Source: Planctomycetota bacterium
GTDB taxonomy: Bacteria > Planctomycetota > UBA8742 > UBA2392
Length of the DNA stretch: 64,000 bases
Direction of reading: 5' to 3'
NCBI GenBank assembly: GCA_020425605.1
Contig: JAGQRH010000012.1
Coordinates: forward strand, 2,653 to 66,652
Part shown: piece after piece, positions 45,878 through 55,906 of the stretch
Layout: each line of letters begins with the position of its first letter
Numbering within the stretch: position 1 is the first letter of the stretch
The notes under the pieces: generated by a model
What the model saw: only the letters and a program-made list of their open reading frames with translations
What the model was told of the DNA's origin: nothing
Databases searched by the model: none
Position numbers and translations under genes: made by a program

Positions 45878-47482
45878 ATGAAGGCAAGCATTGTCATCAG
45901 AGGTGGCAACCGCGACGGCCAGCGAATCACGCTGACGCCTAGTGGTCGCGTCACTTTCGGGCGGTCGCCTTCGTGCGACGAGCGCTTTGATGACGAAAGC
46001 TTCAGCCGCGCACACTTCGCCATCGAGGGCAAGGGCAGCTTTTACCTGCTGACCGACTTGCAAAGCAGCGCCGGTACCAGCGTCAACGGCAAGAAGGTCG
46101 CCAGCAAGATCCTGCACAGCGGCGACCGCATCGTGGCCGCGAACGTCGAGTTCGGCTTCAAGGTCAGCGAAACGTCCGGCACCAAGGTCGCCGCTCACAG
46201 CGGATTGATGGAGGCCGAGACAAAGTCCGCATCCATCCGCATCGAGGCGAACTTCGAAGACGGCAGCTTTGCGTTCGAAGACACCGCCAAAGAGGGCTCA
46301 ACGCCCGAGCCCGACAACAGCGAGTTGCTCGCCCGCACGCGCCAGGCGCTGCAGACGATCTACCACGTGGGAACGCTCGTATACACGGCCGAGAACCTCG
46401 ATCGCGTCTGCCACACCATCATGGACGTGGCCATGGATACGCTTGATCCCGATCGCGGCTTCCTGGTCATGTATGACCCGGATGCCAAGATCCTTGAGCC
46501 GGTCGTCGTGCGCCGCAAACGCACCGGCGGCAGCAATGGCGCTGCCAGCCGCAGCACGCGCCTTCTCCGCGCCGTGGACGATGAACTGACGCTCTGCCGC
46601 CCGATCATCTTGCACAGCGTGAAGAAAGGCCTCAGCGTCATCAGCGACGCCGTTGAGCCTGAAACCGGCGACGCGAACAGCAAGGGCATCAAGAGCGCCA
46701 TGTGCGTGCCGGTGCGCACCAACACCGACATCATTGGCGCGATCTACCTTGACCGCGTCGACAACGACGAGCCGTTCCACCAGCACCACCTGGAGTTGCT
46801 GGCGGGCATCGGGCGCCAGGCGGGCATCGCCGTCGAACGCGCCAAGATGCTGGAAGACATGGAAGGCCTGTTCTACAGCTGCGTGCGCGCCCTCGTGACC
46901 AGCATTGAGGCCAAGGACCAGTACACCCACGGCCATTCCGAGCGCGTCACCGCGTTCGCCGTGACGCTCGCCGAGGAAATGCAGCTCGAGGCAGAGTTGC
47001 TCGACAACGTGCGCCTTGGCGCGCTGCTGCACGACGTCGGCAAGATAGGCGTCGCTGAGAAGATTCTCACCAAGCCGTCGCGTCTCACACCCGACGAGGT
47101 CAAGGTCATCCGCCAGCACCCCGTGCGCGGCGGCGAGATCCTGAGCCACATCGGCAACATCCCCGGCGTCATCGCGGCCGTGAAGCATCACCACGAGATG
47201 TACAACGGCCTCGGCTACCCGGACGGGCTGGTCGGCGACGAGATACCGCAGACTGCGCGTATCGTTGCGCTGGCCGACGCGTTCGACGCCATGACCAGCA
47301 ACCGCAGCTACCGCCGAAACTTCGACGTTGATGAAGCCATCAGCGAATTCACTCGCTGTTCAGGCGACCAGTTCGACCCGGAAGTCTGCGAAGTCATGAT
47401 CAAGCTCTTGCGCGATGGAAGGATCATCCCCTGCAACGAGCTCTTCGCCAAAGGCATCGACATCAGCAAGTCGATCTACTAG
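45878..47482 (+). CDS. FHA-GAF-HD-GYP domain protein (putative c-di-GMP phosphodiesterase)
   Basis: FHA (GRSPSCDERFDDESFSRAHF..SSAGTSVNGKKV), GAF, HD (HGHSERV..LLHDVGKIGV) and HHEMYNGLGYPDGL (GYP). Confidence 0.85.
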   Translation: MKASIVIRGGNRDGQRITLTPSGRVTFGRSPSCDERFDDESFSRAHFAIEGKGSFYLLTDLQSSAGTSVNGKKVASKILHSGDRIVAANVEFGFKVSETSGTKVAAHSGLMEAETKSASIRIEANFEDGSFAFEDTAKEGSTPEPDNSELLARTRQALQTIYHVGTLVYTAENLDRVCHTIMDVAMDTLDPDRGFLVMYDPDAKILEPVVVRRKRTGGSNGAASRSTRLLRAVDDELTLCRPIILHSVKKGLSVISDAVEPETGDANSKGIKSAMCVPVRTNTDIIGAIYLDRVDNDEPFHQHHLELLAGIGRQAGIAVERAKMLEDMEGLFYSCVRALVTSIEAKDQYTHGHSERVTAFAVTLAEEMQLEAELLDNVRLGALLHDVGKIGVAEKILTKPSRLTPDEVKVIRQHPVRGGEILSHIGNIPGVIAAVKHHHEMYNGLGYPDGLVGDEIPQTARIVALADAFDAMTSNRSYRRNFDVDEAISEFTRCSGDQFDPEVCEVMIKLLRDGRIIPCNELFAKGIDISKSIY

Positions 47483-48117
47483 GCCACTCGCAAGCTCTTG
47501 ATGCGTTCGGCGTAGTCGCCGCCGAACACGTAGCTGCCGGCAACGATCACGTTGGCGCCGGCCGTGACGGCCTCCTTGATCGTTTCGCCGTTGATGCCGC
47601 CGTCGATTTCGATGTCCAGCTCGGGCGCGAGCTCGCGCGCGGCCTTGACCGTGTCGAGTACCTTGGCGATGAACTTCTGCCCGCCGAAGCCGGGCCACAC
47701 GCTCATCACCAGCAGCATGTCGATCTTCGACAGCCACGGCTTCACGGCCTCGATGGTGGTGTCCGGGTTGACCACCAGCCCCGGCTTCACGCCGTGCTTG
47801 CGGATGTCTTCGAGCGTGTCGCCAATGGGCGCGTTGCTCTCGACGTGAATCGTCAGGTAGTCCGCACCCGCCTTCGCGAAGGCTTCCACGTAGCGCTGCG
47901 GGTCGGTCATCATCAGGTGGCAATCGAGCGGCTTGCTGGCCACCTTCTTGATCGCGGAAATCACCGGTGGGCCGATCGTCAGGTTTGGAACAAAGTGCGC
48001 ATCCATCACGTCCACGTGCAGCAGGTCGGCACCCGCGGCCTCAATGGCTTTTACCTCGCGCTCGATGTTCGCAAAGTCGCACGAGAGCAGTGATGGAGCA
48101 ATCTTGAGTTCAGGCAT
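47479..48117 (-). CDS. rpe: Ribulose-phosphate 3-epimerase
   Basis: 212 aa; IAPSLLSCDFANIE, HVDVMDAHFVPNLTIG. Confidence 0.9.
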   Translation of the reverse strand: MPELKIAPSLLSCDFANIEREVKAIEAAGADLLHVDVMDAHFVPNLTIGPPVISAIKKVASKPLDCHLMMTDPQRYVEAFAKAGADYLTIHVESNAPIGDTLEDIRKHGVKPGLVVNPDTTIEAVKPWLSKIDMLLVMSVWPGFGGQKFIAKVLDTVKAARELAPELDIEIDGGINGETIKEAVTAGANVIVAGSYVFGGDYAERIKSLRVA

Positions 48118-48200
48118 GGGTAACCGCCGTGGCTGGTAATTGGTGGCCAGAGACTACCCCCGGAACGCCTGCGCACCAGTCACTAGCCACCAGCCACAAC

Positions 48201-49397
48201 TCACTTGATCAGCGCCTCCAGCGCCGGCATTGGCCCGCCTTGCAGCAGGGTCAACGATGCTCCCCCACCGGTGCTGACGTGGTTCATCTTGTCCAGCAGT
48301 CCGAAGTGTTCGACAGCCGCGGCGCTGTCGCCTCCGCCTACGACGCTGTACGCGCCACCCCCGGTTGCCGCGGCAATGGCGCTGAGTACGCCTTTCGTGC
48401 CGTTGCTGAAGCGCTCCTTCTCGAAGACGCCCATCGGGCCGTTGAACAGGATCGTCCTGGAGCGCTTGATGGCGTCGGCAAAGCGCGTCAGCGTGTTGCC
48501 ACCGATGTCAAACGCCGCCTTGCCCTCCGGCACGTCGCCGTTCACTTCCTCGAACTGTTCATCCTCGATATCGCCCGCGACCACGTGGTCGCTCGGTAGG
48601 TGGATGATTGCGCCCAGGTCACTCGCACGAGCCATGATCTGCTTGCACTCGTCAATCAACGTGTCTTCGCACAGGCTGTTGCCGATGCCGATCCCCTCCG
48701 CCAGCAGGAACGTATACGCCATACCGCCGCCGATGCAGATCTCGTTCACCTTCCCGAGCAGGTTGTTCACCAGCGGGATCTTGTCGCTGACCTTGGCACC
48801 ACCGAGCACCGCAACGCACGGGCGTGCCGGGTTGTCCAGCACGCGCGCCATGGCTTCGACTTCGGCCTTCACCAGCAGCCCGGCCGCGCTCGGCAGAACT
48901 TTCGCCGGCCAGACCATGCTGGCGTCGCCGCGGTGGCAGGTGCCGAATGCGTCGTTGACGTAGACGTCGGCGTATGAGGCCAGCTCGCGCCCGAAGACCT
49001 CGGAGCCCTTTTTCTCGGCCTTGTGGAAGCGCAGGTTCTCAAGCAGCGCGGCATGCCCGTCGGGAATACCGTGGGCGCTCTTGCGTGTGTTCTCGCCGAC
49101 GCAGTCGGGGATCAGCGGGACTTCGCTGCCCAGCAGCTCGCTGAGGCGCTTTGCCACGGGCTTGAGCGAGAACTCTTTCTCGAAGCCGACGCCTTCAGGG
49201 CGTCCAAGATGGCTGGCCAGGATCACCTGCGCGCCCTTGCCAAGCAGCAACTGGATGGTGGGCAACGCGGCGGTGATGCGCTGGTCGCTGGTGATGGTCT
49301 CGCCTTCCAGCGGCACGTTGAAATCCGTGCGCAGAAACACGCGCTTGCCCTTGAGGTCGCCCAGCGAATCAATGCCCGGAATCTTGCCAAAGTCCAT
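48201..49397 (-). CDS. pgk: Phosphoglycerate kinase
   Basis: 398 aa; RTDFNVPL, ASHLGRP, GGGASL motifs. Confidence 0.95.
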   Translation of the reverse strand: MDFGKIPGIDSLGDLKGKRVFLRTDFNVPLEGETITSDQRITAALPTIQLLLGKGAQVILASHLGRPEGVGFEKEFSLKPVAKRLSELLGSEVPLIPDCVGENTRKSAHGIPDGHAALLENLRFHKAEKKGSEVFGRELASYADVYVNDAFGTCHRGDASMVWPAKVLPSAAGLLVKAEVEAMARVLDNPARPCVAVLGGAKVSDKIPLVNNLLGKVNEICIGGGMAYTFLLAEGIGIGNSLCEDTLIDECKQIMARASDLGAIIHLPSDHVVAGDIEDEQFEEVNGDVPEGKAAFDIGGNTLTRFADAIKRSRTILFNGPMGVFEKERFSNGTKGVLSAIAAATGGGAYSVVGGGDSAAAVEHFGLLDKMNHVSTGGGASLTLLQGGPMPALEALIK

Positions 49398-49534
49398 GTC
49401 AGCCCCGTATTTGGTCTACCGTCAGAACGCACATTGCCCGAGTGCCAGTCCGTCAACTACGAGTATAGCCCGCCGGTGCGACACCTCCACAGGCGCGCGT
49501 GGTGAGTGTTGCGCAAAGCTGATAGCATTCGCAC

Positions 49535-50248
49535 ATGGGCGAGGAAGCGTTCCCATCCGACTGGTCGCTGGAAGACTTTCCGCACCCCAACCCTTACTTT
49601 CCGCGAGCGCCGCGGAACGAAGGGGTGTGGAAGTGGTGGGCGTTTGTTGCCTTGTTGGCGACCTTCATAGGAACTGTCGCAACAGGGTTCGCACTCCCAT
49701 CTGAGCGAACACATCTCTTCCTCGTATGCGAGTTTTCAGGTTTCATAAGCCTGAGCCTGGCGCTGTGGTTGGCCAAGGGTGCCCTGGCAATCCGCGTCTG
49801 GCGCAACGCGCGAATTGTGCCCGCACGTGTCATTCGAGAACCCGAAGAAGGGGCTAATCCACCCCTTGATGTTTCCCCAATCGGCATCCTCGCCGAGGCC
49901 TTCTTCACGTTCATCTACAGTCCCGGAGAAGTTTCCGCGAAGCTTGAGTTCGTGCAGGACGGCAAGCTCAAGATCGTTCGCATGAAACCTTGGGGGCAGG
50001 ACTACCGTCTGCTGGAGGGTGATATCACCTGGATTGTGTTGCACGGACCACCGGGGCGTGCGGTCTCCGTAGACCGCGTAGCCCCTGATGAGTACTTCGG
50101 ATTGCCAGTGCCGACGGAGGTGCGACGGTGGTTATCGGCAGCGCTCCTCAAGGTGGGCTCACCAGACCCTGCCAGCCTGCGCGATCAGCACCGGGCCGCG
50201 GAGGCGTCCAGGCAGGCCTTCGAGAGAGCCAGAATGGGAAAGAACTAG
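49535..50248 (+). CDS. Uncharacterised two-TM membrane protein, paralogue 1 (DFPxPNPYFP family)
   Basis: N-terminal DFPHPNPYFPRAPR, two TM helices, RIVPARV, DITWIVLHGPPG. Confidence 0.55.
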   Translation: MGEEAFPSDWSLEDFPHPNPYFPRAPRNEGVWKWWAFVALLATFIGTVATGFALPSERTHLFLVCEFSGFISLSLALWLAKGALAIRVWRNARIVPARVIREPEEGANPPLDVSPIGILAEAFFTFIYSPGEVSAKLEFVQDGKLKIVRMKPWGQDYRLLEGDITWIVLHGPPGRAVSVDRVAPDEYFGLPVPTEVRRWLSAALLKVGSPDPASLRDQHRAAEASRQAFERARMGKN

Positions 50249-50252
50249 CATC

Positions 50253-51098
50253 GTGGCAGACCCAGCCAAAGATCCCGCCAACTGGCCACCCGGAGACTTC
50301 CCGGACCCGAATCCATACTTCCCGCCGCCGCCTCGTTCACTCGCACCAATGAAGTGGTCCAATCGCGTGCCTTGGCACGTCAGTCTGCTGTTGATGCTCG
50401 TCGGCGTCGTCGGGTTGGTTGCCTCCATTAACTACTTCGACGCGCTCGGCGCCCGCCCGGGTCTCGGGCTATGCGCGGGCAGCGGAGTTGTGATTCTCGT
50501 CGGGCTTGGAACGTTCATCGAGGGCTTCAGATACCTGCCTTGGCGGTACGGAAGAATCGTGCCGGTTCAAGTAGTCTCAACCGCCTCAGGCCCAAAGGAC
50601 GGTCCCAGCGGCCTTCCACCGATCGACGCTCTCGGAGCAGTGCTTCATCTCTTGTTGATTCTCATCGAGTTGCTGGTTGGTTTGTGGAACTTCATTTCGC
50701 GTCGCAAGAAAAGACGACCGAACCTCATGACGGTGCAGTGGCTCGAAGCCGGAGTTCTTCGTACGGCAGCCGTTGAGGCTGACTATCTCTGGGGCAAGTG
50801 GAAGTCTGGGGAAGTTTGCTGGCTGTGTATCTACCCCCCGTTTCGCAACAGCCTTGTGCTGCTGACCTGTCCGCAACGCGCACAGATACCTCTTCCGGCA
50901 CCTGAGGTCATCACGCGACTCAATGACGAATTGCTGCGACACGTGGAAATGCAGCCGAACGAGCGAGGGGCCTACGAAGTGTACTGCCGGTCCGAGCGGG
51001 ACCGGCTTCAGGAGGAGCAGGAGGACCTGCATCAGGCCGCAAAGGCCGCGACTCGCACGCCTGAAACGAAGGACCGCTACAACAGACGGGCGGAGTAG
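50253..51098 (+). CDS. Uncharacterised two-TM membrane protein, paralogue 2 (DFPxPNPYFP family)
   Basis: GTG start 5 nt after the paralogue-1 stop; DFPDPNPYFPPPPR, two TMs, RIVPVQV, VCWLCIYPPF. Confidence 0.55.
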   Translation: MADPAKDPANWPPGDFPDPNPYFPPPPRSLAPMKWSNRVPWHVSLLLMLVGVVGLVASINYFDALGARPGLGLCAGSGVVILVGLGTFIEGFRYLPWRYGRIVPVQVVSTASGPKDGPSGLPPIDALGAVLHLLLILIELLVGLWNFISRRKKRRPNLMTVQWLEAGVLRTAAVEADYLWGKWKSGEVCWLCIYPPFRNSLVLLTCPQRAQIPLPAPEVITRLNDELLRHVEMQPNERGAYEVYCRSERDRLQEEQEDLHQAAKAATRTPETKDRYNRRAE

Positions 51099-51434
51099 GT
51101 TTTCGCCGTTTTGCGAGGGTGGAAGTTGTTTGGCCGTTCGGCGACGGGAGGGATATTGCGGATTTGTTTATCCAACCTTTTCGGGGTACTTTCGTTTTAA
51201 CGCCAGACGGAAAGGAGATGCTTCACCAACAGAACAGATTCCGGAGGACGGACTCCACCATGCAGCACCCCACGGCTGCATCCTCCCACCCACAATCCGC
51301 TGTGGACTCCGAAGCTCGGAACCTGGACTGCACCTGAAGCACCGCTAGACAACTGAATGCCGGCACCTGCTCTCCCGGATCTGCCAATCCAGCACCTACG
51401 GCATTCACTCCAGGCATCTCTTTTCCACCCACCC

Positions 51435-51463
51435 GGGCCCCTTCAAGGGGCCCGCTTCTTTTG
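51435..51463 (+). terminator. Plus-strand intrinsic terminator closing a ~390-bp lower-GC non-coding spacer
   Basis: GGGCCCC-UUCAA-GGGGCCC followed by GCUUCUUUUG. Confidence 0.65.
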
Positions 51464-51490
51464 AAACGAGTGCGCCGGTAGCATGACGCC

Positions 51491-52183
51491 ATGATCAAGG
51501 CCACGGACTACTTCCCCAAAGCACCTCGTCCCGGGCCGGAGCCTGTTTGGATTCGTTCCTGCCTGAGCATTGTTGTCGGCGTGGCGTTGTTTTGGTGGTC
51601 CATGAAGTTGCGGCAGCCTGAACCACCTGCAGGTGCGGAATTGACTGAACTTGCGATGTCGTACGTTCACTATATTCCGGGTTTCGTCGCCGTAGTCTGC
51701 CTGCTGTACGGCTCGATCTTCCTGCGAGAGTCATACCATCGCTCTATCTGGCGTAGCAGCCGAATTGAGGCCGTCCTGATTGATGACTTCCGGTTTGCGC
51801 GTCTGAAGTCCGGAGCAGCTGGAGTTGCGACGGGTCTCCTTGCAAGCCACTCCCCATTGCACTTGATGACTTCGGGAGGTGCGGAGATGATTGCCCTGCG
51901 GATCCGCGGCCGAAAGGTGAAGAAGCTGCGGCTTCGCGTAGCCCACTATCACTTCGATCCCGACAACATCCCTGAGGCCACGTGGGTCATCACGCCAAGG
52001 GCGGGATGGATGGCGTACCTGTTGGCTAACGTCGCGCCGAAGGAGTGGTCAAAGTTTGCTGCTCCCGACGAGGTTGCAGAGCAACTGAAAGAAGAGCTCG
52101 CCGCAGCCCGCACGCGAAAGAAGAACCGAATTGCAGAAACGTCCGACGAGACACGGCAGCATCTGCAGCGCAAGTACGACTAG
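51491..52183 (+). CDS. Uncharacterised two-TM membrane protein, paralogue 3 (DFPxPNPYFP family, divergent)
   Basis: DYFPKAPRPGPEP N-terminus, two TMs, ATWVITPRAG block aligning with paralogues 1 and 2. Confidence 0.5.
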   Translation: MIKATDYFPKAPRPGPEPVWIRSCLSIVVGVALFWWSMKLRQPEPPAGAELTELAMSYVHYIPGFVAVVCLLYGSIFLRESYHRSIWRSSRIEAVLIDDFRFARLKSGAAGVATGLLASHSPLHLMTSGGAEMIALRIRGRKVKKLRLRVAHYHFDPDNIPEATWVITPRAGWMAYLLANVAPKEWSKFAAPDEVAEQLKEELAAARTRKKNRIAETSDETRQHLQRKYD

Positions 52184-52209
52184 TTTCCGTTTCCAAAGAG
52201 CGACGTGCG

Positions 52210-52659
52210 TTAGCCCGCCAGGCGTGCTTCGGCCTCTTTCAGGCCGCGGCGCCGCGCTAGACGGATTTCGATGATCCTTAGCGCCTTGGCGCAGATGCGG
52301 TCGTAGACGCCGGGCGATACTTCCCAGCGCTTGGGCACGGGCTCGCCGCGCGTGTGGGCTTCGTTGCGCGCGTGCGCTTCGGACTTGTGCAGTGCGATGG
52401 CTTCGCGCGCCGCGTCCAGCATCTGATCGAGGATGGCCGTCTCCAGCTCATCCAGCTCGTGTGCGGCCGTCTCCAGCAGCTTCTGAACCCGCTTGCGCGC
52501 CGGCGCCTTCGTGGGCTGCTCAACCACGGGCGCGGGCGCTTCCACTTGCGTGGCCTCCGCGAGCTTGACGCCGAGCCTTTCGCGCGCGGCCTGGCGGGCC
52601 ATATCGCGCTGGTGTTTGCGGTGCTTTCGTGAACTGGCAGTCATGACAATCTCCTGCAT
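52210..52659 (-). CDS. Hypothetical protein
   Basis: 149 aa, basic N-terminus, helical; no motif recognised. Confidence 0.4.
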   Translation of the reverse strand: MQEIVMTASSRKHRKHQRDMARQAARERLGVKLAEATQVEAPAPVVEQPTKAPARKRVQKLLETAAHELDELETAILDQMLDAAREAIALHKSEAHARNEAHTRGEPVPKRWEVSPGVYDRICAKALRIIEIRLARRRGLKEAEARLAG

Positions 52660-52717
52660 GGGGCGCGGACCATTCCGCGTGCAGAAGAGTGTAATGGGAC
52701 GTGCGACAAATTCTCGA

Positions 52718-53713
52718 CTAGCGCGAAACCAGCTCGGCCAGGCGGTTGCTGTAGCCCCACTCGTTGTCGTACCAGGCGACGAGCCGCACCATGGTGGTCT
52801 CGGCCGTGTCGGCGTGGGTCAAAAGGCTGTCGAAGATGGCGCTGTGCGGGTTGCCTACGATATCGCTGCTAACCAGCGGGTCGGTGCTGTACTCGATGAC
52901 GCCCTTGTAGGGGCCGCGTGCGGCCTCGGCGACGTGGCGATTCACGTCTTCTGCTGACGGGCGCCCGCGAAGCTCAAGCACCAGCTCGACGTTGCTGCCG
53001 TTCACGACCGGCACGCGCTGGGCCATGCCGGTGATGCGGCCAGCCAGCTCGGGCATGATCTGCTCAAAGGCCGTCAGGCTCTCCGTCGTCGTCGGCACGA
53101 TATTGCTGGCACCCGCGCGTCCGCGGCGCGGGTCGCCTGCGTGGCCGCCGTCGACGATGTTCTGCCCGCTGGTGTAGGCGTGCACGGTCATCATGTAGCC
53201 GCGCACGACGGGCCACTCCTCGTGCAGCGACTTCAGGATCGGCGTGTAGCAGTGGGCTGTGCAGCTTCCGGCGCTGACGATGCGGTCGTCGTCGGTCAGT
53301 GCGTCGTCGTTCACCCCCACCATCAGAGTTCGGTCGCAGACGCCGCGCGCCAGCGGCTTTGAAACCACGATCCGCCGGACGCCGTGTTCGAGGATTGCCT
53401 CGAGGTTTTCGCGCGAATTGTTGCGCCCGGATGAGTTGACGACGATGTCGCAGCCTTCAACGTCGCGCTTGTCGAGCAGCCCGTTGTGGGTCAGGCGAAT
53501 ACGCCGCCCGCCCACCACCAGCGCGTCGCGATCGACTGAAATTTCACCGCCAAAGCGGCCCATCACCGTGTCGTACTTCAACAGATAGGCGAGCTGGTCC
53601 GCGGGCAGTGGGTCATTGATCGCGACGACGTCAGCCCCATCGCGCGATTCCAGAATGCGGAACAGCGCGCGGCCTACCCGCCCGAAACCGTTGACCAGTA
53701 TGCGATTGCCCAT
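52718..53713 (-). CDS. gap: Glyceraldehyde-3-phosphate dehydrogenase family protein (divergent type I)
   Basis: NGFGRVGR NAD-binding N-terminus, active-site Cys in SAGSCTAHC, WYDNEWGYS C-terminal motif. Confidence 0.8.
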   Translation of the reverse strand: MGNRILVNGFGRVGRALFRILESRDGADVVAINDPLPADQLAYLLKYDTVMGRFGGEISVDRDALVVGGRRIRLTHNGLLDKRDVEGCDIVVNSSGRNNSRENLEAILEHGVRRIVVSKPLARGVCDRTLMVGVNDDALTDDDRIVSAGSCTAHCYTPILKSLHEEWPVVRGYMMTVHAYTSGQNIVDGGHAGDPRRGRAGASNIVPTTTESLTAFEQIMPELAGRITGMAQRVPVVNGSNVELVLELRGRPSAEDVNRHVAEAARGPYKGVIEYSTDPLVSSDIVGNPHSAIFDSLLTHADTAETTMVRLVAWYDNEWGYSNRLAELVSR

Positions 53714-53777
53714 GGTGGCGTTTTACAGGGGGTGACGGCGATTAGTAGGGGCCGCCCCGGGGGCGGGCTGCGCCTCG

Positions 53778-54317
53778 TTACGCGAGATCGGCCAGGCGAT
53801 CCTGGATGTTCTCCACGCCGGCTTCGTCCAGCTCCGGGTTCAGCACCTCATAGGTCTCGCGCTGTGACGCGCGGCCGGGGGTGTCGAACACGAGGTATTC
53901 GCGCTTGCCCTTGCGGCGCGTCTCTTTCAGCTTGATTTTCTTGAGGCGCATCAGGCCCAGCGCTGCCACGTATGCGAAGCGGTCCAGGTCCTCGCGCGAG
54001 AACTCTGCGACCTCGGTCGGTGCCTCCGGTGCGGGCGCTTCGTCTTCCTTGCGGCGTGCCTTGTGGAAGACCTCCCACAGGGCATCCGGGTCCAGCAGCG
54101 CGGGCTTGCGCTTGGTGGAGTACTCGGTCGGCCACCAGGCGATGTAGCCCGCTTCGCCTTGTCGCTCCCAGGCTTCCATGCAGATGTCCACGCGGGTGAA
54201 GGCGCCTTCCAGCTCGCCATCGGGCTTCAGGGCGACGATGTACTTCTCGCCGTCGGTGAACGCACGCCCGGTAATGCTGCACTTGCCCTGCCCGCGGTTG
54301 ATTTTGAATTCACTCAT
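53778..54317 (-). CDS. Hypothetical protein
   Basis: 179 aa; no motif recognised. Confidence 0.4.
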   Translation of the reverse strand: MSEFKINRGQGKCSITGRAFTDGEKYIVALKPDGELEGAFTRVDICMEAWERQGEAGYIAWWPTEYSTKRKPALLDPDALWEVFHKARRKEDEAPAPEAPTEVAEFSREDLDRFAYVAALGLMRLKKIKLKETRRKGKREYLVFDTPGRASQRETYEVLNPELDEAGVENIQDRLADLA

Positions 54318-54396
54318 ACGTCCTGCATCCTGACTTGGTATTGCTCATGACCGCAAGTCCCGCACACGGCCACGAATGGACTCATGCTGAATGCCC

Positions 54397-55732
54397 TCAT
54401 TCGCCCTTCAGGTCAACCTTCAGCGCCTCTGCCAACTCCCGCGCGGCCGTGAGTGTGCGAACCGAGCGCCCGGTGATCTTCTGGATCGCGCCGACGGCTG
54501 CCAGCTCATGGTACTCGTCTTTCTTCCAGAGTCTGATGATCGGACGCAGAGCTTCCGGGTCGCCGAGTTGCCCGAACGCCTTGATCAGGTACTCGTGCCA
54601 GGTGAACGTGGCATCGTCCGTCGATTGCGGGTCGACAACGAGCTTGCCGTCTGCCAGCGCTTTCTGGTCGTACTCTTCTACTACTACTCGGTCGATCTCG
54701 TCTTCCAGCACCGGCAGTGCGCGCTTGTCGCCAAAGCGCCCGAGCAGGTCAACAAAGTACTTCCGGTAGCGCCACATGGGGCCGCGGGCTTTGCCGGCCT
54801 TGTCGACGGAGCGGGTCAATTCGTTGATCGCGGGGCCGACCGCCAGCGGGCCGATGCGGTACAGCGTGTCTTCAATGTAGCGGTTGTAGTTCGGGTTGCC
54901 GACGACCGTGTAGACTTCTGTCCGGATGCGCCTGATGCCCTGTGGGTCGTCCGGGTCAATCTCTTCATTCCAGCCCAGGATCATCTGCCGGTGCGACGTC
55001 CACATCGCCGCGCACAACGGCTGGATGGCCGGCATGCCGATCTGTACCAGGATCGACTGCGCGTTGTAGACCACGTCTTCAAGCGGGCTGCTGAATGCCA
55101 CGATCATGTTGGCAATCAGCAGGCTCTGGCCGTCCTCGCCGTATGCGAGCATGGACTCGGCAAAGCGCCGCCAGTACTCGGCCTCGCGGGTCTGTGAGGT
55201 GTAGGGCTCGCGCGTCTGGAACTCGTGCAGCAACTCGAACATCGAGCCGTAGTTGGCAAGGCGAGTGCGGTTTTCATCGCGGTCCCAGTCACGCTCCTGC
55301 AGTAGCTCGCGGATGAAGTCAGGCCACAGCAGATACGACTTCCACTTCTTTTGCTCGGCGGAAAGGTTATCGGAGTCTTTGGGCGGCCACTGGTAGTTCT
55401 TGCGCGTGACTTTGCCGTCTTCGTCCACTTCAAAAGGCGGAGTCGGGGCGGGGAAGACGTGGCGACGTACGTACTGCCAGTCGTCGCGGTCAGGGCTGTC
55501 CATCTTCTTGAGCAGCTTGACCATCTCCGTGCCGCGGAATGCCTGCACGTCGCTGCGTTCGAGCACGATCTGCGTCGTTGGCGTCTCGGTCTCACCGCCG
55601 TCGGTGCTTCCGTCGTCGCCGAATCCCCCACCACAGGTACTACCGTCCGCGCCGCCGCCACCGGTACCGCCGTTCTGGCACGCCGCGATACACAGCACAA
55701 TCAGCGCGAGCAGGCAGGTCAGCTTCTTCACT
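54397..55732 (-). CDS. HEAT/PBS-lyase-repeat lipoprotein
   Basis: GTG start after RBS GGAGAAG; lipobox LCIAACQ; Gly-rich linker; repeated ..LG..GD..A..L.. HEAT-like units. Confidence 0.55.
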
Positions 55733-55906
55733 GCACTTCTCCGGGGATGGCGCAGCCTTCCCGCCGTAGCCTCGGCAAAGGCGGGGTGTGGCCGCTTTCG
55801 GGGAGATACATCCAACCACAGGCCGCGCTGACTGCAAGGTGTCGCCTCCGTTGCAGCGCCGCTTCCACAGCGTTATAACGCGCGCCCCACTGGACCAGGA
55901 GCAGCC

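Noticed and set aside
51119-51337. 72-aa ORF and nested short ORF next to an AAAGGAG
   Set aside because: Codon usage is strongly atypical for this genome (TTA, TTG, GTT, AGA, AGG), SD-to-ATG spacing is ~0-1 nt, and there are no recognisable motifs; more likely non-coding.
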